Shown: in pieces, positions 10,867 through 20,621 of the stretch
How the letters are laid out: every line of letters starts with the position of its first letter
Numbering within the stretch: position 1 is the stretch's first letter
DNA from: Thermodesulfobacteriota bacterium
GTDB lineage: Bacteria > Desulfobacterota_D > UBA1144 > Nemesobacterales > UBA2774
DNA: 64,000 bases
Direction of reading: 5' to 3'
NCBI GenBank assembly: GCA_021604765.1
Contig: BQJP01000003.1
Location: 14,081 to 78,080, forward strand
Translations under genes and position numbers: made by a program
The notes under the pieces: model-generated
Database searches by the model: none
Told to the model about the DNA's origin: nothing
What the model saw: only the letters and a program-made list of their open reading frames with translations

Positions 10867-11079
10867 CTATTCCGATTCTTTTATCAGCAGCGAAAAAATT
10901 TCTTTTAACATTATAGGGTCTTTGTTTTCCAAAGAAACCAAAATAATCTTAACAGATTCCCATGTTACGTCGGGTTTACGCATCTCATTTTTAAGTTTCA
11001 ACAGAATACCCTTAATTTCCTGGTTTTCTACGCTGCGAATATAGGTGTCCAGAGTTTCTATTTCTGTAATATCGTTCAT
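10867..11079 (-). CDS. Small hypothetical protein (70 aa)
   Basis: Only an intergenic ORF of unknown function between cysK and the divergent mrcA; no recognisable motif. Confidence 0.3.
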   Translation of the reverse strand: MNDITEIETLDTYIRSVENQEIKGILLKLKNEMRKPDVTWESVKIILVSLENKDPIMLKEIFSLLIKESE

Positions 11080-11190
11080 AATATTAATGATAGCCTATTT
11101 TTTTGTTTATTGAATAGCATTGTCTCAGGTATAATTATTCTTAAATTATAAGAACTAAACCATATTTATTAACGGATAATATTAAGTTTC

Positions 11191-13839
11191 ATGGCGAAAA
11201 AACCGAACAAAAAACTTAAAACAAAACCAAAAAAAAGCAAGTTCCTGGTCTATTTCGTACTATTTTGCCTGTTTTCTCTAGGTGCGGGTATTCTTGTTTT
11301 GTATGCCGGATATAAATACTATGCGAAAGACCTGCCTGATCTATCTGTAGTAACCGGATATAAACCAAAACTCGTGACAGAGGTTTACTCTGCAAACGGT
11401 ACGATGATAGGGGAATTTGCGTTTGAACGCCGTAAGATAGTCCGGTATGAAAATATTCCACCCCATATTCGTAATGCTTTTATTGCTATCGAAGATAAGC
11501 GTTTCTTTGAGCATGAGGGAGTAGATTTAAAGAGCATAATTGGAGCGATGACAGAGAACATTCAAGAGGGGAGCTGGGTTAGGGGAGCAAGTACAATAAC
11601 ACAGCAAGTCATAAAAAATGTAATATTAACGCCTGAAAGAACTCTATCCAGAAAAATCAAAGAGGCAATACTTGCCCATAAAATAGAGAACAACTTATCT
11701 AAAGAAGAAATACTATTTTTGTATCTCAATCATATCTATCTGGCTGACGGAACTTATGGTGTCGAAATGGCGAGCCAGAATTATTTTGGCAAATCTGCTA
11801 AGGATATAAACATTGCTGAAGCCGCTCTTTTGGCGGGTCTTCCAAAAAAACCTGAATATTTTTCTCCCAGAAAACATTTGAACCGGTCTTTAGAGAGACA
11901 AAAAGTTGTACTTAAGAAAATGGTTGAAAGTGGTTATATCACTGAAGATCAGAGAGAAGAGGCTATAGATTATGAAATACAAGTAGTTCCCAGAAAGAGA
12001 ATTAACTATCAGACCGCACCTTATTTTGTAGAGCATGTAAGAAAGTATCTGGAAGCTAAAGTTGGTACGGAAGCCTTTCTAAATGGTGGATATAAGGTTT
12101 TCACTACGCTTGATCTCAAACTTAATGATGAAGCTAACTGGGCTGTAAAAAGAGGAGTGTTGGATATTGAGTCCAGACACGGCCGTAAAGTGGTATCAAA
12201 AAATTTAAAGAATACTGATCAAATAAATAAATTCAGAGATACTCAGAAAGTACAAAGTGTGGAGCCGGGAACCATATACGACGCAGTGGTAACGAAAGTA
12301 ACGGAAATAGAAAAATCCAATGAAGAAGATGTCCAAATTTACACTGCTCAAATTGGGGTAGGGGATGCCAGCGGCACCATGAAATATGTTGTTACTACTC
12401 CATTCGGGAGAGGGATCGAAAAGTTAAGCGGCGAAGATCTAAAGGGCCTTAGTATCTCACCAATAAAATTAAAAGTTGGTGATGTAATTGGCGTCAAAGC
12501 AAATAGTAATAAAGGAGATAAGAAAACATTCTCCCTTTATATTAACCCTGTCGCTCAAGCTGCACTTGTTTCAATGGATACAAACGGTCACATACTTGCC
12601 ATGGCAGGTGGGTATGATTTTAAAACTTCCCAGTTCAATCGCGCTGCTCAGTCTATAAGGCAGCCAGGATCGGCTTTTAAGCCAATAGTCTATTCTGCCG
12701 CACTGGACAAAGGATACTCTGAAACCTCTATTCTGTATGACATGCCGGTAGTAATAAAAGATTGGGCACCTCAGAATTATGATGGAAACTATAAGGGAGC
12801 TATAGTGCTAAGGCAGGCTCTTGCTAAATCAAGAAATTTGGCTACCGTGAGAGTAATGCTGGATATAGGCCCTTCATATGTTGTGGATTATTCTAAGAAT
12901 TTTGGATTTACTTCTAAATTAAACCCATACCCTTCCTTAGCTTTGGGCGGCATCGATCTGAAGATGATGGAAATGGTCAGGGCTTATAATGTTTTTGCCT
13001 CCGGTGGAAAATTAGTTGAGCCTCAGTTTATTCTTAGGATTTATGATAGAAACGGTAGGATAATCGAGGATAATACTGGAGGGACTTTTGTTTCACAGGA
13101 AGAGAATCTCAAAGTTGAGCGTGAGAGAAAGAGGATTGATATTATCAAAGAGCTTGCCAAGGAACAGGGCAGAGAGGCCGGGTCTGACTTGGAGTCGCTT
13201 AAAGAGGATATTCTTATAGATACTAATGATTTCTTTGGGGATAGTGAGTACTCATTTTTAACTCCAAATGAATTTTTAGATCTGATTAGAGAAGGTCCGG
13301 TTGATTTCAGTTCTTCTGAGATGGCAAAACAAACTATAAACCCTGAGACTGCATTTATAATGACTGATTTGCTACAAGCGGTAGTAAAGGAAGGTACGGG
13401 GATGAAAGCTTTAAAGCTTACAAATTTAGCTCCTGTAGCGGGTAAAACCGGAACTACTAATGATTATACAGACGCCTGGTTTGTGGGTTTTAGCCCAAAA
13501 TTAACGACCGCTGTTTGGGTTGGTAGGGATGATCATAAGAGCCTTGGAAAGAAAGAAGCCGGCTCCCGTGCGGCACTCCCAATATGGATAGATTTTATGC
13601 AGGAGGCTCTTGCGAAATATCCAGGTGGATCATTTAGAAAACCCTCAAGCATCAAGATTGTTAGCACACCATATGGAAATATTCCCTATAGTGTGGATTC
13701 TCTCAGAAAGAACGTTCTTGATTCTCTCAGGCATAGTGTGATGATAGATGGAAGGGAGCAAGAAATGCCCTCAAATTATTTCCCCAACGAATCCGGTAAC
13801 GATTCAGAGACGGAAATAGATTTCATCCTTAACCGCTAA
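11191..13839 (+). CDS. mrcA: Penicillin-binding protein 1A (bifunctional glycosyltransferase/transpeptidase)
   Basis: N-terminal TM; GT51 motifs (EDKRFFEH, RGASTITQQ); transpeptidase SAFK and KTGT motifs; 882 aa. Confidence 0.9.
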   Translation: MAKKPNKKLKTKPKKSKFLVYFVLFCLFSLGAGILVLYAGYKYYAKDLPDLSVVTGYKPKLVTEVYSANGTMIGEFAFERRKIVRYENIPPHIRNAFIAIEDKRFFEHEGVDLKSIIGAMTENIQEGSWVRGASTITQQVIKNVILTPERTLSRKIKEAILAHKIENNLSKEEILFLYLNHIYLADGTYGVEMASQNYFGKSAKDINIAEAALLAGLPKKPEYFSPRKHLNRSLERQKVVLKKMVESGYITEDQREEAIDYEIQVVPRKRINYQTAPYFVEHVRKYLEAKVGTEAFLNGGYKVFTTLDLKLNDEANWAVKRGVLDIESRHGRKVVSKNLKNTDQINKFRDTQKVQSVEPGTIYDAVVTKVTEIEKSNEEDVQIYTAQIGVGDASGTMKYVVTTPFGRGIEKLSGEDLKGLSISPIKLKVGDVIGVKANSNKGDKKTFSLYINPVAQAALVSMDTNGHILAMAGGYDFKTSQFNRAAQSIRQPGSAFKPIVYSAALDKGYSETSILYDMPVVIKDWAPQNYDGNYKGAIVLRQALAKSRNLATVRVMLDIGPSYVVDYSKNFGFTSKLNPYPSLALGGIDLKMMEMVRAYNVFASGGKLVEPQFILRIYDRNGRIIEDNTGGTFVSQEENLKVERERKRIDIIKELAKEQGREAGSDLESLKEDILIDTNDFFGDSEYSFLTPNEFLDLIREGPVDFSSSEMAKQTINPETAFIMTDLLQAVVKEGTGMKALKLTNLAPVAGKTGTTNDYTDAWFVGFSPKLTTAVWVGRDDHKSLGKKEAGSRAALPIWIDFMQEALAKYPGGSFRKPSSIKIVSTPYGNIPYSVDSLRKNVLDSLRHSVMIDGREQEMPSNYFPNESGNDSETEIDFILNR

Positions 13840-14363
13840 TCAAGATTGCCAACTTGTTTTATAATAGCCAATTTTTTATTGCCTATACCTTCTACATTGT
13901 CTAGCTCATCAATACTTTGAAATTTCCCAACATTTGTTCTGTAATCTATAATGCGGGTTGCCAATTCTGGGCCAATTCCCAAAATTGCTGTTAAATCTTC
14001 AGTGCTCGCTGTGTTGATACCAATAGGAACTCCTAATGAAATTCTTTTTCGTGCGCTTATCTTAGTTACCAATACTCCGTTATTTCTGATTATAATTCTG
14101 TCGCCTGATTTGAGCTTATCTGATAAACCGTAATCAACTATTAGTTCGTTAATTTCGTTAAGATCACTATAACGCTTTACAGTTGAAATGCCGTCTTTAG
14201 AAATCTCAATAAATTGTACTTCATTCGTATTGATTAAGCTCCTGGAGTTGGTAGAAAAGGGTAGATAATTAGACGTGATAAGAAGGTATAGTAAGCAGAG
14301 TAGGGCGAGGTACAGTACAGAGTTGTTATTGTCTGAATTTGAGATTCTCTTTAAGATTCTCAT
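13836..14363 (-). CDS. comEA: ComEA-family DNA-binding protein (helix-hairpin-helix)
   Basis: C-terminal tandem HhH (ASTEDLTAILGIGPELATRII, IDELDNVEGIGNKKL) with an N-terminal TM. Stop overlaps the mrcA stop convergently. Confidence 0.75.
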   Translation of the reverse strand: MRILKRISNSDNNNSVLYLALLCLLYLLITSNYLPFSTNSRSLINTNEVQFIEISKDGISTVKRYSDLNEINELIVDYGLSDKLKSGDRIIIRNNGVLVTKISARKRISLGVPIGINTASTEDLTAILGIGPELATRIIDYRTNVGKFQSIDELDNVEGIGNKKLAIIKQVGNLD

Positions 14364-14391
14364 AGTCTTTTAACTTAACATATCATGAATA

Positions 14392-15183
14392 TTACATAAG
14401 TCCCTTAGCCAAACCACCGTCTACTAGAATTGTCGTTCCGGTAATATAACTTGCTCTCTCTGAGGAGAGAAAGACAGCTAAGTTGGCTAGCTCTTCAGGT
14501 TTTCCAATCCTGCCTACCGGGACGTCTGATCCCATATCGGTGATTACTTCATCAAAACTCTTGCCGAGTTTCTGAGCCCTGTCATTGGCGAGAAATGTAA
14601 TGCGGTCAGTAAATATTCTTCCCGGGCAAATGTTATTAACTAAAATATTGTAGGGACCAAACTCGTTTGATAAAGTCTTAGCCAGTCCTATAATCCCGGC
14701 TCTTACTGTGTTTGATAGCATCAGCCCATCAACCGGCTGTTTTACAGCATAGGATGTAATATTAACAATACGTCCCCAATTATTTTCTTTCATGTAGGGG
14801 ATTACTTCATTGCTGAAAGTTATAGTGCTGAACAGATTTAGCTCTATTGCTTTTTGCCAGTCTTCAAGTGAGAAATCTAAAAAATTTCCTGTTGGTGGAC
14901 CACCAGCATTATTAATAAGGATATCAACCTTATTATATTTGTTGATAGTTTCTTTGACTACATTGTTTATATTTTCGGTTTTGGATACATCGCATACTAC
15001 AGGAAGAACTTCTACGGACGTTTCAGAAATAATATTATCGGCTGTTTTAAAGAGAGTCTCCCTGTCTCTTGCGCATATGGTCAGTTTCACGCCTTCTTTT
15101 GCCAGACCAAGCGCAGTAGCTTTGCCAAGTCCTTTGCTAGATGCTGCTACAATTGCTACTCTGTCTTTTATTCCTAGGTCCAT
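14392..15183 (-). CDS. SDR-family oxidoreductase (3-oxoacyl-ACP reductase-like)
   Basis: Rossmann motif (VAASSKGLGKA), NNAG and catalytic Y-x3-K motif. Confidence 0.8.
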   Translation of the reverse strand: MDLGIKDRVAIVAASSKGLGKATALGLAKEGVKLTICARDRETLFKTADNIISETSVEVLPVVCDVSKTENINNVVKETINKYNKVDILINNAGGPPTGNFLDFSLEDWQKAIELNLFSTITFSNEVIPYMKENNWGRIVNITSYAVKQPVDGLMLSNTVRAGIIGLAKTLSNEFGPYNILVNNICPGRIFTDRITFLANDRAQKLGKSFDEVITDMGSDVPVGRIGKPEELANLAVFLSSERASYITGTTILVDGGLAKGLM

Positions 15184-15254
15184 AATTAATATCGTAAAGA
15201 AAGTTTAAATAAATATTGAAATACTAAAAGAGTAGGGCTCTAGTTTGAAAGATC

Positions 15255-15647
15255 TTATTTCTTTTTCTTAGATTTAGCTTTTTTGGTCTCTTTTTCAATT
15301 GATTTGAATGTGTCAGTGGCTGATGAAGGGCCGCTTTCGGCAACAGTTGCTGTAGCGTCACTTGAGGCGGTACTATCACTATCGGTTTTAGTATCTACAG
15401 CTGGATTTTCCTGCTCTTGTACCTGAGAAGGTATGCCGGGTCCCTTAGCGTAATCAGTAGCATACCAGCCGCTACCGGTCAGCTGGAAAGATGAAAGGGA
15501 TATTAACTTCTCAAGTTTATTCTTTTTACAATGTGGACATTTTTTAAGCGGGGGGTCTGAAAAGCTCTGAAGCTCCTCATGAGTCATACCGCAGTTTTTA
15601 CATTCGTATTCATATATTGGCATATGCTCTAACCTCAAATCCTGCAA
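15255..15647 (-). CDS. FmdB-family zinc-ribbon protein with a low-complexity Ser/Thr/Asp-rich, Lys-terminated tail
   Basis: MPIYEYECKNCG...CPHCKK zinc ribbon. The likely true start is MPIYEY at 15623. C-terminal STASSDATAT...KKAKSKKKK. Confidence 0.7.
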   Translation of the reverse strand: MQDLRLEHMPIYEYECKNCGMTHEELQSFSDPPLKKCPHCKKNKLEKLISLSSFQLTGSGWYATDYAKGPGIPSQVQEQENPAVDTKTDSDSTASSDATATVAESGPSSATDTFKSIEKETKKAKSKKKK

Positions 15648-15834
15648 CCGTTTCTAAAAATTACATTTAATATAATGATTTAAGCATATTTTTCAAGTCT
15701 GCAATAAGTAAATATACAATGATTGTGGAGCCTTATTTATTGCTATAAGTATATGATAAGATTAAGTAGTAGAATCAAAAGCATAAGGCTTTCAATTACT
15801 ATATGGGCTAGTAAGTAAGGTAAACCGAAAAATT

Positions 15835-16605
15835 ATGGATAATAAAAACGTTGTTGGCCGTTTTGTATGGCACGACCTCATGACTAATGATGTTCTCAGA
15901 GCCATGGATTTCTATTCAGAGCTTCTCGGCTGGGAATATCAAATTGAGCACTCCTCTGATTTTGTGTGGAAACCAGGGGAAGGTGATTATCCATTGATTA
16001 TTGCAAACAGTGAGGCTCATGGAGGTTTTATTGAAATTGATGATGATATAGCATCACACTGGGTTGCCTATGTAGAGGTTAAAGATGTTGACTCAGTTAC
16101 AGACAATGCGGTAAAGCTTGGTGCAACTATTGATCGAGTGCCCTTTGATGTTCCGGGCGTGGGCCAAAGCGCTGTTATTCGTGATCCTCAGGGCGCAGTC
16201 ATCTGTCCATTTGTGCCTTCACACAAGTTGCCTGCTCCAAGTGGTACGTTTCTTTGGGATGAGCTCATAACTGACAATGCTGAGTCTGCTAAGATTTTCT
16301 ACAGCGAATTATTTGGCTGGTTAGCTAAAGAGGGCAACTTGCATCAGCTAAATGATTACACTGTTTTTAAATCCACAGATGATACTCAAGCAGTTGGTGG
16401 GGCAATGAATCATTCTTTTCGTCAGGGAAGGGCCGCGGCATGGGTTCCGTACCTAGCGACAGATGATGTAGATGAAACTGTAGCTAGGGCTAAAACCTTG
16501 GGTGCCCAAGCACAGCTAGAAGTGATTGAAGTACCAGATGAGGGATGCTTTGCTATTCTGAAAGATCCAACTGGCGCTGAGTTTGCTCTCTTCAAACCAA
16601 TATAA
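15835..16605 (+). CDS. VOC-family protein (tandem glyoxalase / bleomycin-resistance / dioxygenase-fold domains)
   Basis: Two repeated about 120-aa halves, each with a VOC-like beta-alpha-beta fold pattern (GGFIEIDDD, VIRDPQG / AILKDPTG). Confidence 0.65.
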   Translation: MDNKNVVGRFVWHDLMTNDVLRAMDFYSELLGWEYQIEHSSDFVWKPGEGDYPLIIANSEAHGGFIEIDDDIASHWVAYVEVKDVDSVTDNAVKLGATIDRVPFDVPGVGQSAVIRDPQGAVICPFVPSHKLPAPSGTFLWDELITDNAESAKIFYSELFGWLAKEGNLHQLNDYTVFKSTDDTQAVGGAMNHSFRQGRAAAWVPYLATDDVDETVARAKTLGAQAQLEVIEVPDEGCFAILKDPTGAEFALFKPI

Positions 16606-16624
16606 TCTATGTGATACAAAAAGA

Positions 16625-17758
16625 TTAAACTAAAACATCTTCAACAGGTCTCCTAAGTGACATAGGCAGGGCAGGGGCGTATCCGAATCTTGCGACCAGA
16701 TCAACTCTTTTGTCTCCTGCACCAAGCCATTTGGTAAAATCCGGGCGTATTTCTGCTACCTCAACAGGCTGGTTTATAAAAGAGTGGCGCATGCCAAGCG
16801 CGGTTGCCTGTAAAGCAAAACGCTGATAACTTCTCCCAGCATTCACCCAGTGTTCTTTGTCGTTTTTGTCTGATACAAAAACTGCTATTCCGGCAGAAGA
16901 CCTTATTTGTTTAGCATAGCCATCGTTCGAGGAATCTTTGGTAAATACAAATCGGAAAATTAAATTGCCGACCCATGTAGGCATAGTCGGTTTTCCCGAG
17001 CATCCGCTGAATAAACCATCTCGGGTTTCTAGTGCTTGAGAAGGGTTGAACCTTATCCATTCCTTAAGCTCTTTAACGAAAGCAGGATCGTCAATTTGCG
17101 ATGAGTTGGCTGCAATGACATAATCCAAAACTTTTTCCATCGGCTCTTTTTCTGTAATTAAAACTAGACTTATTCCTTTAACTTGTGCAGTTTTTTCTAA
17201 AAGTTTCAAGTCTGATACGCTAACTTTCTTGCCATCATATTCAGACCGCGTGCATTGACGATAGGGGATGGCTTTGAAAAACTCGCTTTCATTGGTCTTT
17301 CCATTTCCAAGGTCGATTAATATTTCTCCATGATCTTGAGTATTAAATATAATTTCAGCTGGTCTGCCGCGAGCTTCAGCTGTAAATGCGAAATTCTCAC
17401 TCGCACATCCAAGGCTTGCAAAGAGATGATGATCATCCGGGTCGACTATGGGAGTTTTTCGGCTAAAGTCGGGCAATATTGTTGCAGTTGATTTATTAAT
17501 GCGAAATTTCCAGGGTTGAGTATTATGTCCGTTTGCCGCGAGAGTTGCGTAACGGACCATATCTCTTAAGTCGGCGTTTTTATCTATTACTGCCCGTGTT
17601 TTTTCAGCCGCTTCATTATAAAGCATCATCTCATTTTCCCCGGAACATCCCGAAACAGCGACAGCTCCTAAAGCTAAGGCCGAGTTCTTAATAAAACCAC
17701 GCCTATTAATTCTGGACATAGTTCTGATCATAAACCATAGGAAAATCAGATGCAACAA
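16625..17758 (-). CDS. Nitroreductase-family protein with a twin-arginine (Tat) signal peptide
   Basis: SRINRRGFIKNSALALGAVAVSGCSG Tat signal. The likely start is MSRIN at 17716. Nitroreductase-fold motifs (NTQPW). Confidence 0.65.
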   Translation of the reverse strand: MLHLIFLWFMIRTMSRINRRGFIKNSALALGAVAVSGCSGENEMMLYNEAAEKTRAVIDKNADLRDMVRYATLAANGHNTQPWKFRINKSTATILPDFSRKTPIVDPDDHHLFASLGCASENFAFTAEARGRPAEIIFNTQDHGEILIDLGNGKTNESEFFKAIPYRQCTRSEYDGKKVSVSDLKLLEKTAQVKGISLVLITEKEPMEKVLDYVIAANSSQIDDPAFVKELKEWIRFNPSQALETRDGLFSGCSGKPTMPTWVGNLIFRFVFTKDSSNDGYAKQIRSSAGIAVFVSDKNDKEHWVNAGRSYQRFALQATALGMRHSFINQPVEVAEIRPDFTKWLGAGDKRVDLVARFGYAPALPMSLRRPVEDVLV

Positions 17759-17895
17759 ATAAACTTTAGTCTGGACAATCAGAGGTTTAAAGCTTCCCGT
17801 AAGGTATAATTTAACGATCTATACCAGTGTTCTAAAAATAGGAAGGTCAGAAACATAGTTTATGAAATACTAACTATTTTTCTTATTTAGATATA

Positions 17896-18081
17896 CTAGA
17901 TTTCCTCAATACTAAGAGCCCCAGATGGGCAAGCTGCCACAGCGGCTCTTAGGTCATCTTCTGTTCCGCCAGATTCATCAATGACAAATTGATCATTCTC
18001 AATTTTAAACACTTGAGGGAATCCTTTCACGCAATTACCGCTATGAATACATTTTGCTTCATCCCAATTAACCTTTAGCAT
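17896..18081 (-). CDS. Small divergent 4Fe-4S mono-cluster / ferredoxin-like protein (COG3592-like)
   Basis: 61 aa, C-x5-C ... CP pattern (CIHSGNC, ACPSGA). Confidence 0.5.
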   Translation of the reverse strand: MLKVNWDEAKCIHSGNCVKGFPQVFKIENDQFVIDESGGTEDDLRAAVAACPSGALSIEEI

Positions 18082-18152
18082 GTAATACCTCCTAATAACA
18101 AAATTTATTATTTGGTAATGCTTACTAATTTAAGGATACATAATAAAAATAT

Positions 18153-18566
18153 TTATACCCGTTCTTTTACATCTGAGGTGTAAATTTGAATTATGGGAAA
18201 GGCTGCAAATGCTATCTGACCGGCGAGCCCAAGAGAGCCATTAAGTTTTAAATAGTGATTAAAATGATCATTGATAGAGTTGTCAAAAAGTAAAATTGAC
18301 AAAAAGAGTTCTGCAACCATAAGTAGAACAAATGCTGCAATTCCCATGTTAAGACGAGACTGCCAAACTCGTGGTACTGAAAATCGGATAATTAACCAGC
18401 TACATATTATCCATGATGCCATTAAAATGATTGGCATTTCAATTAGTCCACTTGTTAATTCGCCGAATTGCGGAACCAGCACCAAGACTCTAATAGTTCC
18501 TAAAACAAAACCGACAGCAAATACAATCCCAAAATAAGCTGATCCGGCTTTAAGCTCTTGTTTCAT
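18153..18566 (-). CDS. Hypothetical integral membrane protein (4 predicted TM helices)
   Basis: Hydrophobic segment pattern only. Confidence 0.45.
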   Translation of the reverse strand: MKQELKAGSAYFGIVFAVGFVLGTIRVLVLVPQFGELTSGLIEMPIILMASWIICSWLIIRFSVPRVWQSRLNMGIAAFVLLMVAELFLSILLFDNSINDHFNHYLKLNGSLGLAGQIAFAAFPIIQIYTSDVKERV

Positions 18567-18623
18567 ATTTTAAATTTAACATAATACTAATACATCATTT
18601 ACTTTCTATGTTAGGGAGAAAAA

Positions 18624-18818
18624 ATGCCATATATCAATTTACAAATAACCAAAGGAGCCAGTCGTGAGCAGAAGAAAACTATTGTAGAGCAAATGACAAA
18701 TACTCTGGTCGACGTTCTTGGCAAGAAACCTGAGCACATACACATAGTCATAGATGAAGTTGATGAGGACAACTGGGGCTTTAATGGTATGCTGACGTCA
18801 GATTATAGAGGTGAATAA
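18624..18818 (+). CDS. 4-oxalocrotonate tautomerase-family protein
   Basis: 64 aa beginning MPYINLQITKG (catalytic Pro1 after Met removal); typical tautomerase length. Confidence 0.75.
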   Translation: MPYINLQITKGASREQKKTIVEQMTNTLVDVLGKKPEHIHIVIDEVDEDNWGFNGMLTSDYRGE

Positions 18819-18881
18819 AACCCCCGTCGTACTGAGTTTACAGAAGAAAGGTTATTGCAGGGGGCCGTTTCTACTCAATCC

Positions 18882-19316
18882 TTACTCATCCGGAAGACGC
18901 CTCATGGCTACGGACATCCGGTTCCACATGTTCATTACAGAAATTATAAGCGTTAGATCAACGATCTGCTGTTCTGTATAGTGCTTTTTTAGCTCCTCAA
19001 AAACAGAGTCAGGGGCGTGTGTGATGGACACATTCGTCAAAGCTTCAGCCCAGGAGAAGGCCGCGCGCTCTGCTTCGGTGAACAAATTTGACTCGTGCCA
19101 CACAGCTATTGAATCCAGCCGCTTTTGATCTTCTCCTTCTTCTCTGGCTTCTCCTAGATGAAGATGGACGCAATATACGCATCCGTTAATTTGAGAAACT
19201 CTAAGGTCAACTAACGCTTTAAGTTTTTTATCTATCGAAGATATATGCTTACTTGCGGCAGACAGCAGATTAACAGTTTTGGGGTTTACTTCCCGAAAAT
19301 CGATTCTCTGGTACAT
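18882..19316 (-). CDS. Carboxymuconolactone decarboxylase / AhpD-like family protein
   Basis: AhpD-like CxxC-H motif (QINGCVYCVHLH). Confidence 0.8.
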   Translation of the reverse strand: MYQRIDFREVNPKTVNLLSAASKHISSIDKKLKALVDLRVSQINGCVYCVHLHLGEAREEGEDQKRLDSIAVWHESNLFTEAERAAFSWAEALTNVSITHAPDSVFEELKKHYTEQQIVDLTLIISVMNMWNRMSVAMRRLPDE

Positions 19317-19484
19317 GGATTACCTCATTGAAAGAAATTTGTGAAAAAAAGTATACAGAACGGTCTTTTACAATAACAGGGGCATTTTGTCTGTTCCGCA
19401 AACAAATACGAAGGAGAGCTAGGATTGCTCCTCAAAATACCGCTATTTATTAGTTAACATAATATACCTTATCGGACATACGGT

Positions 19485-20429
19485 TTAGGCTGTGATCGGA
19501 GATATAAATCCCCGCGGTTTTATGCTCAATACCGAGCAATCTACTTTATATAAAATAGATTCCGCTGTGTTTCCTATAATAAATCCCGGTAGCCCAGTTC
19601 TGCAAACAGTACCCATGACAATAAGATCAATTTTTTCTTTCTTTGCAACTTCAGGTATTACTTCACCAGGATTTCCTTTGGGCAGATGTATTTTGTGTTT
19701 AATTTTGCTTAAGGAAAATTCTTTCAATAATTCTTCCGTCAATTTTCTATGGTGGTTTTCTGCATCTTTAATCAATTTATTAATCTCATTCTCTTTTTTC
19801 TTAAACCGGCTTCCTCTTAAAGCTTTTTCTCCAAATAGGCTCCATGCATGCACTACATGAAGTTCACTTTTCTCTAATTCGGCAATTGAGACCGCCAGTT
19901 GCATAATGTTGTTATTTAACTCATTACTGTTTTGATCGTTAGGCTCTGGATCCACTGCAGCCAGGATGCGAGAATATTTTGTAGATCCACTGGGTTTAAT
20001 CATCCACACAGGGCAAGGACACTTACGCATAATATTTATGTCAATGCTTCCAAATAGAGCCTCTTTCGTGTCACCCTTTCCTTCCGGGGTCTTCATCACC
20101 AAATCATGCTTGTTTCTTAGTACTTCTTTTATTATCTCTATATGAGGTTTCCCTACTAGGGTTTTAACCACAGGCTTAAAATCTTTGTTAGTTTCAATTG
20201 ATGAAATAAGAGTTTGTATTTCATCAGTTCTTTCCTGTGCGACTATTTCCTGAAGTTCTTCAGCCGATATAATCTCCAGATAGTCTTTTATTCTGTCAGG
20301 TAGTTCCTCAAGCACATCAACTATAGTTAATTTTGCGTTATTGCTCTTGGCCAGTCCAAAAGCTCTTCTGATAGCTTCTTCGTTTTTCTTCCCATGTAGC
20401 ACTAAAAGTATATTTTTAAATCTTATCAT
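19485..20429 (-). CDS. Tandem-domain universal stress protein (UspA/UspE-like)
   Basis: Two Usp domains, each ending in the G-x2-G-x9-G(S/T) ATP-binding-like motif (VMGTVCRTGLPGFIIGNTAES). Confidence 0.8.
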   Translation of the reverse strand: MIRFKNILLVLHGKKNEEAIRRAFGLAKSNNAKLTIVDVLEELPDRIKDYLEIISAEELQEIVAQERTDEIQTLISSIETNKDFKPVVKTLVGKPHIEIIKEVLRNKHDLVMKTPEGKGDTKEALFGSIDINIMRKCPCPVWMIKPSGSTKYSRILAAVDPEPNDQNSNELNNNIMQLAVSIAELEKSELHVVHAWSLFGEKALRGSRFKKKENEINKLIKDAENHHRKLTEELLKEFSLSKIKHKIHLPKGNPGEVIPEVAKKEKIDLIVMGTVCRTGLPGFIIGNTAESILYKVDCSVLSIKPRGFISPITA

Positions 20430-20621
20430 TAAATTTTATTCACACTCCTTTAGTTTATTTACGCTTTTTAGGGCGCCAATATAATATTGCAAGGAGTATG
20501 CCAGAGTTAGAACTCAGCATTACCAAAGCTTTTGCGTAGGAATATAATTGATACAGGTGTATGGTGTACGAATTTCTTACACACTCTAGGTTCTTAGTAC
20601 CAGAACCTATGATCTCTGGAT

